A DNA stretch of 64,000 bases from Eledone cirrhosa (GCA_964016885.1 OZ024743.1:295492001-295556000); one strand, 5' to 3'; counted from the first letter of the stretch, positions 29,592-47,537 are shown. Notes: generated from the letters alone by a model not told the origin. Numbers and translations are program-made.

Positions 29592-30369
29592 TATATATAT
29601 ATATATATTATTGCACTTTGAAATTTGGTTTCAGGATTACATATGTAGGGGTGTTTTTCGTCAAATGTTTAAGCATGTATATATTTTTATAGATTTCTAG
29701 CAGCAGAAAGCCCTTAATTTACTATGTTCGTGATAAATGGAATATATTTTTGTCAGGCATTGTGTGATTTTATGTAAATAATTTAGTTTTGTTTGTTTGT
29801 TTATTTTCTCATCTCTCTTTTTCTTTATGTCTGGTCATGCTAATTCACTTTGCTTACACTTGATATTATAGCCATAACTGGAACAGCGTGTGTATTCAAG
29901 CCGATAATCACCGGTTTTTCCCGGTGGAGAATATGCAAATAAGTTTAATAAAATAGTTAATCACCAAGTGGTGCCAGCTCATGTATCTGCAACAAATATC
30001 TAACCAGCTATTTTCTCAGACGATATGAGCCACACTGTGATATTACACAGAGACAGAGAAAGCAGAATTTTTAATAAATAACGTGATACCACATGGACTT
30101 CACTATAATAACACGGCTTAAAATCTAATAACCGTAAGCTCGTACATACCGGTTTAATAAATATTTTCTAACACATGTATCTCCATAAACATTCGTATAT
30201 TAAAGTATACTATATATATATATATATATATATAGGGGGGGGGGGGGTAATAATGTGTGTGTGCCTTTTGTATGTGTGTATTGATACAATTGAAGCCTAT
30301 TGATAGATATAAGGATTATACAATTATATAAGGTATATTAAATATATATATATAATACAACTATTAATT

Positions 30370-30570
30370 ATTGTTTCTACTTTAAGCACAAAGCCAGCAA
30401 TTTGAAGGGGAGTGGAAATGGATTAAATCGTCCCCAGTGAATTACTGGTGCTTTATTTTGTCGACCTCGTGAGGATGAAAGGCAAAGCTAACCTCAGAAC
30501 GTAAAGGGCCGCAACCCTATACAACGAAACATGGTCTCCAACGACCTACCGGTACTGCCAATCCACCTAT
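30370..30570 (-). mobile_element. tRNA/Meta-like SINE copy
   Basis: Homologous to 3529-3716. Confidence 0.7.
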
Positions 30571-30581
30571 AATAATACATG

Positions 30582-30870
30582 CTTCATTTATTGGCCACAA
30601 GGGCCAACATATAGGGGACAATGCAAAGACAGGGATGGTGGGGGGTTTACAATAAAATCGAGTAAAAGTTCACAATAACAAAAACAATTAACAATAAAAA
30701 TAAAACAAAGTAAGTTCACCAATAGTTAAGCGAACTATCTGGGGACGACTTAGGTACCCTACCAATCCTTAACCATTCGCCTTTTCGAGGGCAACCGGGA
30801 AGGGCACGCCTCTCTTCAAATTAACCAGCCTACAGGCGCATGCTCAGAGTAGGTCCATTGTTGAGGATTG
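30582..30870 (-). mobile_element. 3' remnant of a Tx1-like element related to 16250-19257
   Basis: It shares TTTATTGGCCACAAGGG..AGGGGACAA and CCTACAGGC. Confidence 0.55.
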
Positions 30871-30879
30871 TCAGTTTTT

Positions 30880-31130
30880 GCCGCATGATTTTCATTCCAG
30901 CCATGCAGCACTGTCAAGTACATGTCGGAAATCCCTTGCCGGCGTGTTAAGTTGTACCATGCCGTCTATAACTTCTAACCGACTGATCCTACACCCATTC
31001 ATAACGCTTCCAATCCCGCTGCCCATATTAGTCCAGTTCATGAAGATTATGAACAGGAGGGCTGACTGTACAAACCTTTTGCAGAGTCCAACAAACACAG
31101 TAAATGGTTTCGACTTTGCAGCATTTATGC
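30880..31130 (-). pseudogene. Degraded RTE-type reverse transcriptase fragment
   Basis: KPFTVFVGLCKRFVQSALLFIIFMNW...RISRLEVIDGMV resembles the consensus GLRQGCVLSPLLFIIFMDW...LLFADD. Confidence 0.6.
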
Positions 31131-32756
31131 AATAACAATAATATAGCAACAAGGAGCTGTCCACTGATCCCATACTGCAGAACCTTCGATAGCACATCCC
31201 GTGAAACGAGAACGTATGCCTTTACGATATTTATAAAATAATAATATGCCTCTTGACAATATTCCCACTATCTGTGAAAAACTTGCCGCAATGTTAATAT
31301 TTGTTGGGCTGTGCAGCGTCCGGGGTGAAATCCACATCGTTCGTCTGCATGCTTGGGATCGACAGGATTCTTACATTTCTTACGTACACACTTAGCTTAA
31401 ATTTTACCGGGGAGTTTTAAGAATGAATTGTCTCTATTATTAGAGCAAACATGTTTCACCTTTTGAAAATTGAGATTATCGTTCCTGATTGCCATACACG
31501 AGTAAGCTTCTCTATTTCATGCGTTTAACATCCCTGACCGAATTTGATGATTATTCTTTTTCGAAATATGACTCTTGTTTAAATAAGCTGTGGTCGAATC
31601 TGGGAAGGAGTGCAATGCGCCACAGGTAATTTCTGCTGAATTTTTTATCATCCAGATTATATAAAATATGTTTTTTCTATTGTCTGGAGATTGACTTTTG
31701 ATTTAAGTATCTAGAACATACTCTTATAATTGCGCTATATGAGCAAATAGGTTTCTTATCTCCTGGGACAGCAATTCCAGCTTGGGTAGCATTGATGTGG
31801 CGGCGGATTGGAACATTGGATAGAGTGCTTTGCGGTATTCTTTCCGGCTCTCTGCTCTCTCAGTTCAAATCCCGACTAGGTGATCTTTACCTTTCACCCA
31901 TTCAGGTGGATACAAAAAGTACCAGTTTAGTACTGGGGTCGATTCTTCCTCTCTATCTCTTTCTCACATTCTTTCTCTCATTTTCAATCATCCTCTAGAA
32001 GAATCTGCTGTACTTAGGCCTGGGGAGAGGCTAGATTCTGACAGGTTTTAAAATGCCCTAAGAAACGTCGTATATCAATATGGTGCCCCTACGACTCCCT
32101 CGGGAGATACGGCTAAATATCATGCAATAGCATTCAGGAATCATAGAATAAATTGGTACGTGCAGCTATCTCTACTGATGCATAGTTCGAAGGGATTGTT
32201 CAGATATCTCTCCTAGGAACCGGCTTTAATTTCTCCAGATTCTTAGCTGATTTCGGCACCTACTACCTACTACCTGTATTCTGAAAGTAACTACTAATGA
32301 TTTCCACACATTGCGTACTTAAGTGTGTTACCAGATCAGGTTTAGAAAGATGTTGGCAATATTGAATATTGTAATGTTTTTTGTTTGTTTGCTTTTTTAT
32401 CTTTTTTGAAGGAGAGTATTAAATTAAAGAGCACATGAGATTTACTGTAAACATATTTTTCACTCTCTAAAGGAAAGATTTTTAAGCGCAGTGCTTTCAA
32501 GGATTGTATATCTATCGAAACATTCATCGAGCCTGTAATTACAAATAACTGCTGCCATGCATAATGATATATAATGAAACTGTTCGACTGTTCACATTGT
32601 ATATGTGGTATATATATCATATAATGTTTAACCAATGTAATATTTTTACCAATATGTGAGGCAGTGCAACAATATTTCTTTCGTACACATACATACATAC
32701 ATACATACATACATACATACATACATACATACATACATACATACATACATACATAC

Positions 32757-33950
32757 ATGGTGGTGGCTGCCAACTCGTTTTCGTGTACGGCCACTACTTT
32801 ATATCCATGTAGGAGAACCCCTACCGATGCGCTGAACGAGTGTGACTTTTAGTCCAGATAGCGACTTGAAAATTCTGGTGCAAACACTACACCTGTGACA
32901 ATTATTGACACATAGTGCTGGGCCCATGGAACCATGTGACGACAAGTGCAGAGAGATCTCCAGATACAAAGCAATGCCTGTGACGTGAAGCTTTTATAGT
33001 GAGCAAAGGCACTGCACAAAGCCAGTCCCACTCTCTTAACCAAGATGATATTTACCAAAAAGAAGAACAAGTCAACATCATTGGATACCATCAGGGTTGC
33101 AGGTGTTATATTAGAGTTTTCCTTCTCCTAGAATTCTGCCTTGACAAAGGCTAAGGGGTCATCTCTCCCGTTGATTTTGGATGGCCATTGACGCTTAAGA
33201 GCTCCTTTGCCCTTTGACAGGTTTTGTTTTTAGTCCTGCAGGATGTCCAAAGTCACCCTCCTCACCAAGAAACCTTGGTGGGGTTGCCAGTTTATGTCGC
33301 CAACGACCCAACCATGAGACAGGTTGTACTGGGATACATGTTACCAGTAGCACCAACTGGTGACCTGACATACATACATACATACATACATACATACATA
33401 CATACATACATACATACATACATACATACATACATACATACATACATAAATAAATAAATAAATGCATGCATGCATGCATGCATACATACATACATACATA
33501 CATACATACATACATACATACATACATACATACATACATGGTGGCTGCCAACAGGTTTTCGAGTACGGCCACTACTTTATATCCATGTAGGAGAACCCCT
33601 ACCGATGCGCTGAACGTGTGTGACATTTTAGTCCAGCCAGCGACTTGAAAACTCTGGTACAAAGACTACACTTGTGACCATTATTGACACATAGTGCAGG
33701 GCCCATGGTAACATGTGATGACAAGTGCAGAGAGATCTCCAGATATAAAGCAATGCCTGTGCCGTGAAGCTTTTATAGTGAGCATAGGCACTGCACAAAG
33801 CCAGTCCCACTCTCTTGACCAAGATGATATTTACCAAAAAGAAGAACAAATCAACATCATTGGATACCATCAGGGTTGCAGGTGTTATATTAGAATTTTC
33901 CTTCTCCTAGAATTCTGCCTTGACAAAGGCTAAGGGGTCATCTCTCCCGG
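32757..33950 (-). mobile_element. Two tandem copies of the bipartite RTE-derived element (32757-33369 full, 33537-33950 5'-truncated) separated and flanked by (CATA)n
   Basis: Very similar to 15081-15690. (TACA)n tracts lie at about 32685, 33370 and 33951. Confidence 0.85.
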
Positions 33951-33963
33951 ATACATACATACA

Positions 33964-34032
<69 letters not shown>

Positions 34033-34166
34033 AGATACATACGTAGATTGATAGTTTGATATATATATGTGTGTGTGGTTGTGTATATATAAATATAAGT
34101 ATGTATTATGTATATCCATATTGTCTATAGATATATACATGTGTATATTATATACATACATATTTT

Positions 34167-34224
<58 letters not shown>

Positions 34225-34292
34225 CATGTATGTATGTAAAAGGTAAACAGAAAATGCGATAGGAATCTAAGGGTGTGATAATGGACGGAGTA

Positions 34293-34524
34293 TTAGAGAA
34301 AGTGGGGAGATGAGTTGAGTCCATGAGGGGAATCGGACCCAAAGCGGTGACTCAGACTTTGTTCAGTCCTGGTGCCCGAGGCTTGTGATCCATGATGTAA
34401 AAGGACACCCAGGACTGAAACATGTAGGGGCGGATGACCAGGAGAACAGAAATGACGGGCGACAGGAGTATCGAAACCGAGTCTTATGTCCCTCAAAACG
34501 GTCCGACAAACGGCGTCCCGTTTG

Positions 34525-34530
<6 letters not shown>
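34293..34530 (-). pseudogene. Neptune-type PLE GIY-YIG C-terminal fragment
   Basis: It reads IRQTGRRLSDRFEGH, then after a frameshift DIRLGFDTPVARHF..H..EQSLSHRFGSDSPHGLN. It abuts (TA)n. Confidence 0.7.
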
Positions 34531-34586
<56 letters not shown>

Positions 34587-36111
34587 ATAACTCATGAGTT
34601 ATTCCGATCATTTGAGTAGGCGTACACTGTATTGAAGGTTGAGTGACACAACTTCAAGTGATTAGCAACCTTTAGATATCCTAATCAATGAAACAATTGT
34701 TAATACTGTAAATAAAACCCCTTTTGTACTGTTGACCATGTTATTCTTCACTCTTTCACTATTATTACTCCAAGATTAACCCGCATAGGAATTCCCGTGA
34801 ACTCGCCACCTACCTAAGGAAACCTCTTGTTGAGTCAAACAACGCGGTACGTTAAAACTATCCATAAAACAGAGTACTCACAACCGTTGCAACTTATATC
34901 CACATTAATGACGTATTATCTTTGTTGTCTCTGTAAATAATAGATCAAAAAGTCGTAGTCTAAAATTTTGTTTGTTAATGAAATAATTTGCATAATAAAC
35001 TCTAACTGGATTAGATTACCCATAACGATAATATGTTATACCATATATATGTATATATATATATGTCTGTGTTATTCATATATATATATATATATGCATG
35101 TGTATATATTATATGTTATATATATATATGTGTTTGTCTATGTGTGTGTGCACAGAGACGTATGTGTTTCGACTGGAAATGCGACTGCTCTAGTTCTAAA
35201 ATATTTAATGGTTTTATCTTATTTTCGCATGGCTTCCTTGCAGTTTCAGTAAATTTCTTAAATACATCAACGACGCTTTTAGAATTTCGTATTTCATTGA
35301 TGATGGACATAGTGATTTTGGTATTCCAAATAAACTTGAAAAGGTTCCCATTAACAAATGAAAAAAATATGAAAGAATGATGAAAATGATAAAACTATAA
35401 GAATACTCTTCGCTGCATTACAGCATTTCTGGAAGGCAAGCTCTACCTGATAAAATGAAGCAAATGAACTTCAATCGGTTTCACAGTTGGTTTTTTCCAG
35501 TTTACGATCAACGGAACTGCACACTCATTTAATTAACTTCCAAATGGTTAAGATTTCAGTGAAGAAGACCCGCGAGGTGGGGTGGCTGTTGCTGCAGGTG
35601 ACGCTGTCAATTGTCCATGGAATGCTTTTGCGGTCTTGTCCGCAGGGCGCAGCCCCAATGCTGCCGTGCCATAGGCCCAGAACCCATCACTCTCACATTT
35701 CCACATCCACATTCTTCTGTGACATTCCTTTCCATTCCTTTTCCATTTTCATAACCGCAAATGACAGTAGAATATTCAATGTAACTAAACTTTACGTTTT
35801 GAGTACATATTTATCGATTTAACCTCATGTCTTGTGCCTATCATTATTCGAAACATTTCATCTGTTTAGAGTCTAGATATAAACATAAATATCAGGGAGA
35901 ATTATCGAGGTAAATATGAATCCGACGTCGTTTCAAATCTTTTCCGTGTAAAAATGAAAAATTTCATTAACAAGACTTGTCCAAGATACCATGCAGAAGG
36001 AGTGAACCAAGAACAACAGAATTACTACGAAGACTTCTTAAAAATACGGTTAAACTTTGGGCGTATGTTATATTTACACTCACACAGACACAGACATACA
36101 CACACGCACAT

Positions 36112-36157
<46 letters not shown>

Positions 36158-36688
36158 GCATACATATACATCGGAAAGACGGGGAGTGGTGACCGAAGAT
36201 CAAGTTAAGTTTAAAATATTGATAAGCATACACACACACACACCTCATACACACACAGCTCATACACACGCATACATATATACACACATAAACATATGTG
36301 TTTGCTAGTAATATATACCTGCCTAAATAGTATATGTGTGCACCCTTGTCGTTTGCAGGCATTCTCTCTAGTCTAACTCAGATACATAACATATCATTTT
36401 ATTCTATATTTCAGATGAATATACGAAAAGAATGCCACTAATATAGAGTTAGTGAAGTTTGACCCTTTGCCCTCCTCACTGTCTGCGTTTGAAGAATTCA
36501 ATATTGCTACGGATATATATGTCCTGAATATGAAAGTTGATCTACCATATTTTATTTCTATCATATATATATTTATATAGATACATAGATAGATATGTGA
36601 TGGAAATAATATATTGTAGATCAGAAGATTAGCTTACATGTACACACATATATATATAAATGTGTGTGTGTGTTTGCATTTACACACA

Positions 36689-36723
<35 letters not shown>

Positions 36724-36778
36724 GATGAATACTGGCTGGTAATACAGGAATAAGTCAAACAGTAAATATATATATATA

Positions 36779-36884
<106 letters not shown>

Positions 36885-37279
36885 TGCCTTCGTGTATGTG
36901 TCTCTGTGTGTGTATGGGCAATGTTCGCTGTGTGTTTAATAATTTATCTTTCCCTACCAGTGTCTTCTTGGTTCAGGCACGCTAAGGGGCAACTTGAGTA
37001 AATGTCTGGGACTAAAACCACTGGTTGACGAAGGTCTTGTGTAAGAGAATATAATGGCAGAGAACCTGTAGAAGTTTGTCCTGGATGTATATATTTATAC
37101 GTATCATTTCTGTGTCTCCGTTTGGTCTTCTATCTTTTTATCACGTAATCTAGAGATTCTAAAGAACAAAATCGGTAACCTAAGTACAAGACTGTAAAAC
37201 TAAATACTGGGGTCGATTTAATAGATTAAATCAAGGCGGAGCCGCAGTCTACAGGCTTGTACAAGGAAAAACCTATGTA

Positions 37280-37315
<36 letters not shown>

Positions 37316-37429
37316 AGTCTTGCATTTTTCTTTAGAGAGTTGATTTTTTTTTCTGTATCATTTTCTGTATTAGTTGATCGCAATAATTTGAAGGAAATCA
37401 CATAGACTATTCATATATTCATTATATAT

Positions 37430-37460
<31 letters not shown>

Positions 37461-37503
37461 AATAAACATTATATACATAATATACACACACATGTATGTA
37501 CAT

Positions 37504-37588
<85 letters not shown>

Positions 37589-38035
37589 AACATATATGCA
37601 TGTATATATATTTGCGTTTATATATATATATGTTTATATATATATTTGTGTATATATACAGAGAGGGGGGATCGTAAGATAGTTACATATGAAATGTGTA
37701 TTTCAGTAGGCGTATTTGTGATCGGCAAGGTCTACCTGATCTACACGCACATCTTCAATTCAATGAAATTACGTGTTCCAGTATTCTGGTGCCAAAGGAA
37801 AGGAGACATAATTCTATATGGGATAAACGATTCGCATTCAAATATTATTGAGACTAGATATTCCTCGAAAGAAACGTGCATTGCTGTCACGTCAATTTCA
37901 TCTTCTTTAACGTCATATTCCAAATTCATCATCGTGATTATGATCACTATCACATTTAGCATACTTCTGACTTTTTGATGATTACCACCATAATGTCTAA
38001 AATCTTTTCACTCTCGTCGTCACATGCTCACATAA

Positions 38036-38094
<59 letters not shown>

Positions 38095-38127
38095 GTATGT
38101 ATGTATGTATGTATGTATGTATGTATG

Positions 38128-38157
<30 letters not shown>

Positions 38158-38160
<3 letters not shown>

Positions 38161-39082
38161 GTTGGTTAACATGTAACCCATGTACAGCCTGTGTCATGGT
38201 CGGGTCGTCGGCGACTAAACCGGCAACCCCACCAAGTTTACTTGGTGAGGAGGGTGATTTTGGACACCCTGCAGGACAAAAAACAAAACCTGACAAAGGG
38301 CGGAAGAACTCGTAAGAGTCAACGGCCATCCAAAAGTGTGTAAATATATGTATATACATGTACATATGTATGTATATGTATATGTGTATATGCATGGGTG
38401 CATGTGTATACATATATGCGTGGGGACATAGAAATAGTCGGGCTGGATACCCGATCGCGCGGTTAAACCACTGGGAGTGAAGGACCTCTAGTCCTTGTCA
38501 GGGCATTCTTCTAGGAGAAGGCAACTCAGGAAACTGGGATAACTCCGATATAAAACCTGCGGCTCAGTAGTTACCGATGATGTTGATCTTTGCTTCTTTT
38601 CGGGTTATAGCTACTGTCTCTCAGAGAGTGGGATTGGCTCAGTGCACAGTCTTTCCTCACTTTAATAAACATCTTCACGCACAGGCATTGCACGATAGAA
38701 TTTATTACTAATTATTGATAATGGTATATCGTACAATGGCCATACTCGATAACGAGGGGGCAGCAATCAATCATGTAAATGTTGGTAAATATCATCTTGG
38801 TTAAGAGAGTGGGACTGGCTTTGTGCAGTACCTTTGCTCACTATAAAAGCTTCACGACACAGGCATTGCTTTATATCTGGAGATCTCTCTGCACTTGTCG
38901 TCACATGGTACCATGAGCCCAGCGCTATGTGTCAATAATTGTCACAAGTGTAGTGTTTGTACCAGAGTTTTCAAGTCGCTGGCTGGACTAAAAAGTCACA
39001 CTCGTTCAGCGCATCGGTAGGAGTTCTCCTACATGGATATAAAGTAGTGGCCGCACTCGAAAACGAGTTGGCAGCCACCATG
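38158..39082 (+). mobile_element. RTE-derived bipartite elements: diverged subfamily 38158-38775 and 3' half 38784-39082
   Basis: The first has the GGCAACCCCACCAAG head and CTAGGAGAAGG. The second matches the reverse complement of 15081-15380. (TATG)n flanks them. Confidence 0.75.
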
Positions 39083-39136
39083 TATGTATGTAGATAGATG
39101 TATGTATATATAAGTATATATATATATATGTATATA

Positions 39137-39190
<54 letters not shown>

Positions 39191-39199
39191 GAGAGATAG

Positions 39200-39232
<33 letters not shown>

Positions 39233-39367
39233 TGTATGTATGTATGTGTATATATATATAAAGAATGAATAATAACAGGTAGACATCATAAAAAGGTAAT
39301 TTATTCCGTGTGCTTACAAGTGTTTCCACGGTGGTACTGCAGCCTAGTTACGCTACGTGCAAATTCA

Positions 39368-40319
39368 AAGGAATGCTGACCACCGGGATACAATAGAATA
39401 CATCGATAGGAATTTCCATAACACACATAGCTCTACACGAAATCAAGGAATACGTAACCGGGGGACTAAAACACAAGCACACACACACAGTACTACCAGA
39501 CATACTAATAAAGGAAGATCACCACCAAATAAATCGCGTTGTAGAAAGTATATCTGGTACAATCCTATTTTTAATGCCTCGATTAGTACAAAACTATCTC
39601 TTTCATTCTTTAAATTAATCAACAAACACTTCCCTAGTTCCCATAAATACAGCAAAATTCTGAACTCTAAAACTATTAGACTATCATACTTCACGGCACC
39701 AAACCTTGAAGCATACATAAAAAAACTTAACTTAAGGCAATTAAACAACTCTACAAAACAAAACATTTTAGTAACAGATGGGCAGAACGCAATATCTGCC
39801 TCCCAACCACTAAATGGAAGACGGGTATTACACAACCCACCTGTACCGCTATCACAACCTATCCATGGTATACCCGCTACCCACAACAAAGAATGTAACT
39901 GCCATCTACCTGAAAGATGTCCATTGAAGAATGAATGCCTAAAGTCCAACATTGTTTACCAATGCACGGTTGAATCGAACGACCAGAAATGGTATTATAT
40001 CGGATCTACCACCACATCGTTTAAATCTCGCTGGTACCGTCATCGATTCTCAATCAAACATCCGAATAACCGTTTTGTGACCACGCTCGCCAACAAGACT
40101 TGGCAACTCCGTGAACACAACCAACAGTTCACCTTAAAATGGTATATACTTTCCAGCGCAAGTGCATATCGGAGTTGATTGAAGTACTGCAGGTTATGTA
40201 ACCTTGAGCTAGTTTACATATTAAAATCCAAAAACAAACTACTTAACGATAGAATTGAACGATCATTATACTGCAACCACAAACTAAAAGCTAAATTCTC
40301 TCACTATAAAATAACTTAA
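39368..40319 (+). pseudogene. PLE RT-thumb/linker + GIY-YIG endonuclease, one in-frame TGA (40176-40178)
   Basis: It reads IWYNPIF, KTIRLSY, CNCHLPERCPLKNEC, IVYQC..YYIGS..FKSRWYRH. Past the TGA the frame continues LKYCRLCNLE..LLNDRIE..CNH to TAA at 40319. Confidence 0.88.
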
Positions 40320-40813
40320 CATTCGAACCCGTAACTATAACACCACTTTCTAGCTAACAACCTTCTCTTCCCCCCCACACTACAAGACAATACACTACTT
40401 ATCACTATACATGGTAACTCAGTGCAATTCCTAGATTACTACTACAAACCCAAAGTTCACTCACCACACATACTTTGTCTGTCCCCTCTCTACCTATCTC
40501 TCTCTACATCCATTACACTCTCTCTCTCTCTCACCTTTGACCTACCTCCCTCTCAACATCTATGAACCTGCCCTCTGGGGCAATAAATAATTCCGACCTT
40601 AACTATCAACGCATCTCTCCAAAAGTAACCAGTATAATAAAACCCCTACCATAACATTTTGATTAAGATATCTACAAGCCACTCTCTCCTACTTCTCCAA
40701 CCCCTGCATATCTTTTTTCTCTCTCCCTCTTCCCTACTTTTCTCTCTTCCTTTTCTACTCTATCTTCCCCAACAACCCCACTTAAGGGTATTTACATTGT
40801 ACATTTACCATTC

Positions 40814-40925
40814 TGCTCTGAGGAAACAGTGGTCACAACATTGGATATTCGAGTTCTGCAAGTACTTGTGAATTTGCACGTAGCGTAACTAGGCTGCAGT
40901 ACCACCGTGGAAACACTTGTAAGCA
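40814..40925 (+). ncRNA. Type I HHR with an 85-nt helix II hairpin
   Basis: TGCT-CTGAGGA-aACAGTGGT....ACCACCGTg-GAAA-CA-ct-TG-TA-AGCA, followed by AATAAA. Confidence 0.7.
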
Positions 40926-41117
40926 CACGGAATAAATTGCCTTTTTATGATGTCTACCTGTTATTATTCATTCTTTATATACACTCCGGAATACTGAAGG
41001 ATCAGGAACTAAGTTTCTTGAACAATTCTTCCATAACTCGTAGAGTAACCTCTTACCGTACGTCAACCATATCCAGCATATTAATTAACCATTACTACAT
41101 CTTGGATAATCCTAAAC

Positions 41118-44380
<3,263 letters not shown>

Positions 44381-45349
44381 AACATACAGAATATTTTCGA
44401 ATATTCTATGTCTATATTCACATATATATCGCTATTTCAGAGCATTTATTCCAATTTCTAATTTCTGCCGGACCGGCAACCGCTCTTTCAAACCAGTTCC
44501 TGTACACAGCTAAGTATTCTATAAGTCTCTAGCTGTGTCATTCTCGATAAAAGCACTGGATATGTAGTCCTGATGATTTCTAACAAGAATGAAACGCGTA
44601 GATTACTTCCCTTGCTTTTATCGATAATCTAATTGTAATACGTGACGTATTCTATTCTATAGCGATTAGGTCTTCAAAATGTTTATTATAAACATACAGA
44701 ATATTTTCGAATATTCTATGTCTATATTCACATATATATCGCTATTTCAGAGCATTTATTCCAATTTCTAATTTCTGCCGGACCGGCAACCGCTCTTTCA
44801 AACCAGTTCCTGTACACAGCTAAGTATTCTATAAGTCTCTAGCTGTGTCATTCTCGATAAAAGCACTGGATATGTAGTCCTGATGATTTCTAACAAGAAT
44901 GAAACGCGTAGATTACTTCCCTTGCTTTTATCGAGAATCTAATTGTAATACGTGACGTATTCTATTCTATAGCGATTAGGTCTTCAAAATGTTTATTATA
45001 AACATACAGAATATTTTCGAATATTCTATGTCTATATTCACATATATATCGCTATTTCAGAGCATTTATTCCAATTTCTAATTTCTGCCGGACCGGCAAC
45101 CGCTCTTTCAAACCAGTTCCTGTACACAGCTAAGTATTCTATAAGTCTCTAGCTGTGTCATTCTCGATAAAAGCACTGGATATGTAGTCCTGATGATTTC
45201 TAACAAGAATGAAACGCGTAGATTACTTCCCTTGCTTTTATCGAGAATCTAATTGTAATACGTGACGTATTCTATTCTATAGCGATTAGGTCTTCAAAAT
45301 GTTTATTATAAACATACAGAATATTTTCGAATATTCTATGTCTATATTC

Positions 45350-45350
<1 letters not shown>
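44381..45350 (+). repeat. Inverted block of ~3.1 copies of the same 310-bp unit, HHRs at 44564-44606, 44874-44916 and 45184-45226
   Basis: It is the reverse complement of the left array and ends at TCTATATTCA|(TA)n. Confidence 0.95.
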
Positions 45351-45383
<33 letters not shown>

Positions 45384-45390
45384 TTATATA

Positions 45391-45447
<57 letters not shown>

Positions 45448-45462
45448 TTATATATATATATT

Positions 45463-45633
<171 letters not shown>

Positions 45634-45656
45634 TTATATATATATTTATATATATT

Positions 45657-45687
<31 letters not shown>

Positions 45688-45689
45688 TT

Positions 45690-45715
<26 letters not shown>

Positions 45716-45720
<5 letters not shown>

Positions 45721-46628
45721 AAGTTATATTTAAAATTGTTGGGTTACAACTAGTAAATATTTATAACTGATATAAAAGCACTCGACAAATACTTGGAGTA
45801 TATTTACAATATTAAATACAATATTAAATAAATGGAAAACTATATTTATAAAACCATATTTATTTCATTATATATATTTCGGGGATATCATATTAACAAT
45901 ATGCTATGCCCTCATCAGACAAAATACAATATAAACAGTTTTATAGATAAATATATTCGACATACCGTAATAAACATCAACTTCATTTGAAGAGGTTCAC
46001 TCTAGCAGTGAAAATACAGAGAGAAAGAAAGAGAGAGAGAAAAGAGGGAAATAAGAAAGAAAGAAAGACAAAACGAAGAAAAGGAAGAAAAAGAAGAAAA
46101 AGAAGAAATGCATGGGACAAAATAGAGAGATGGAAAAATAGATAAAGCGAAGAGCTTCATGCAAAGAGACCGAAAGAGATATATATATATATAGAGAGAG
46201 AGGAAATAGAGATAGATACATATATAAATATAGATATAGAAAAATTAGGTAGTGGGAGGTCATTTTACATCTTTCGGTCTCTTTACATGAAGCTCTTCGC
46301 TTTATCTATTATTCCATCTCTCTATTTTGTCCCATGCATTTCTTCTTTTTCTTCTTTTTCTTCCTTTTCTTCGTTTTGTCTTTCTTTCTTTCTTATTTCC
46401 CTCTTTTCTCTCTCTCTTTCTTTCTCTCTGTATTTTCACTGCTAGAGTGAACCTCTTCAAATGAAGTTGATGTTTATTACGGTATGTCGAATATATTTAT
46501 CTATAAAACTGTTTATATTGTATTTTGTCTGATGAGGGCATAGCATATTGTTAATATGATATCCCCGAAATATATATAATGAAATAAATATGGTTTTATA
46601 AATATAGTTTTCCATTTATTTAATATTG

Positions 46629-46629
<1 letters not shown>
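45716..46629 (-). mobile_element. Foldback PLE pLTR insertion (long arm + tail on minus, ~360-bp inverted arm 46270-46629)
   Basis: ~45817-46180 is the reverse complement of 46270-46629. Each arm has an HHR. (TA)n flanks both sides. Confidence 0.85.
46522..46585 (+). ncRNA. Type I HHR (mirror copy at 45862-45925 on minus)
   Basis: ATTTTGT-CTGATGA-GGG..CATATT-gtt-AATATG..CCC-GAAA-TATATA-TA-ATGAAAT. Helix III is palindromic and the triplet is AUA. Confidence 0.8.
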
Positions 46630-46661
<32 letters not shown>

Positions 46662-46680
46662 ATTTATATATATATATATT

Positions 46681-46737
<57 letters not shown>

Positions 46738-46848
46738 ATTTATATATATATATATTTATATATATATATATTTATATATATATATATTTATATATATATA
46801 TATTTATATATATATATATTTATATATATATATATTTATATATATATA

Positions 46849-46892
<44 letters not shown>

Positions 46893-47537
46893 TATATATA
46901 CACACACATATATATATATAGAAGTGGTTACACAAAAGTTATTTCATCATACCGAGAACAATTGTTTCACCTTAGCGGATCCTCAGCTCGTAATGGACAT
47001 GGTTATACGGAACAGGAGGGACAACCGTACGAACGCGCATGCGCAGAAACCGTCACTTCACACAGGCCATACTTAAAAGCGTGCGAGAGGTGTAAGGGAG
47101 ATATCTGCGCAAGTCCGAAAAGTTTCTAGTTGATAAGAAAATTAGGATGTTGTTGTGATTCAATCCGGAGCTTTGTAGTTATGTAAGAGGTGTTTCGAGA
47201 CGTGTGGAAAACGTGTGAAGAATTCATTTCTCGTGTTTAGGCAATCACTATTGCATAATCTCTTTAGAATATTTATTCGTTCATCAATACATAGTCCACA
47301 GACGGATTTCCCCTTGCGTGTAGCTTGGACATAGTGATGGCTTTCCATTGAATGGAATAGTCTATACTTGAGTCCTTGAGGGACCATACGTGTCTCGCGA
47401 GTTTCGTTGATGTACGTCTGTCCGGGTATACCTAAATGTCGACTGGTGGTTCAGGAAGCGTTCCCTAAATCGTCCTTCCGCCATACCCACATAGGATTTG
47501 ACCTCCTGTGGTTGATTTGGTCGGTTGGAAGTGACCA

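Noticed and set aside
29900-30030. HHR-like halves on the minus strand (CTGAGAA ... GAAAAACCGGTG)
   Set aside because: The core and cleavage triplet are non-canonical and helix I does not pair convincingly.
34655-34715. 3' half of an HHR (TGATTAG/CTAATCA stem, GAAACAATTGTT, AATAAA)
   Set aside because: There is no CUGANGA half upstream. At best it is a truncated pLTR.
40176-40178. In-frame TGA as selenocysteine (some Naiad PLEs encode selenoproteins)
   Set aside because: It is not at a conserved Cys position, the nearby CxxC and CxH cysteines use TGY codons, and I recognised no SECIS. A nonsense mutation is more likely.
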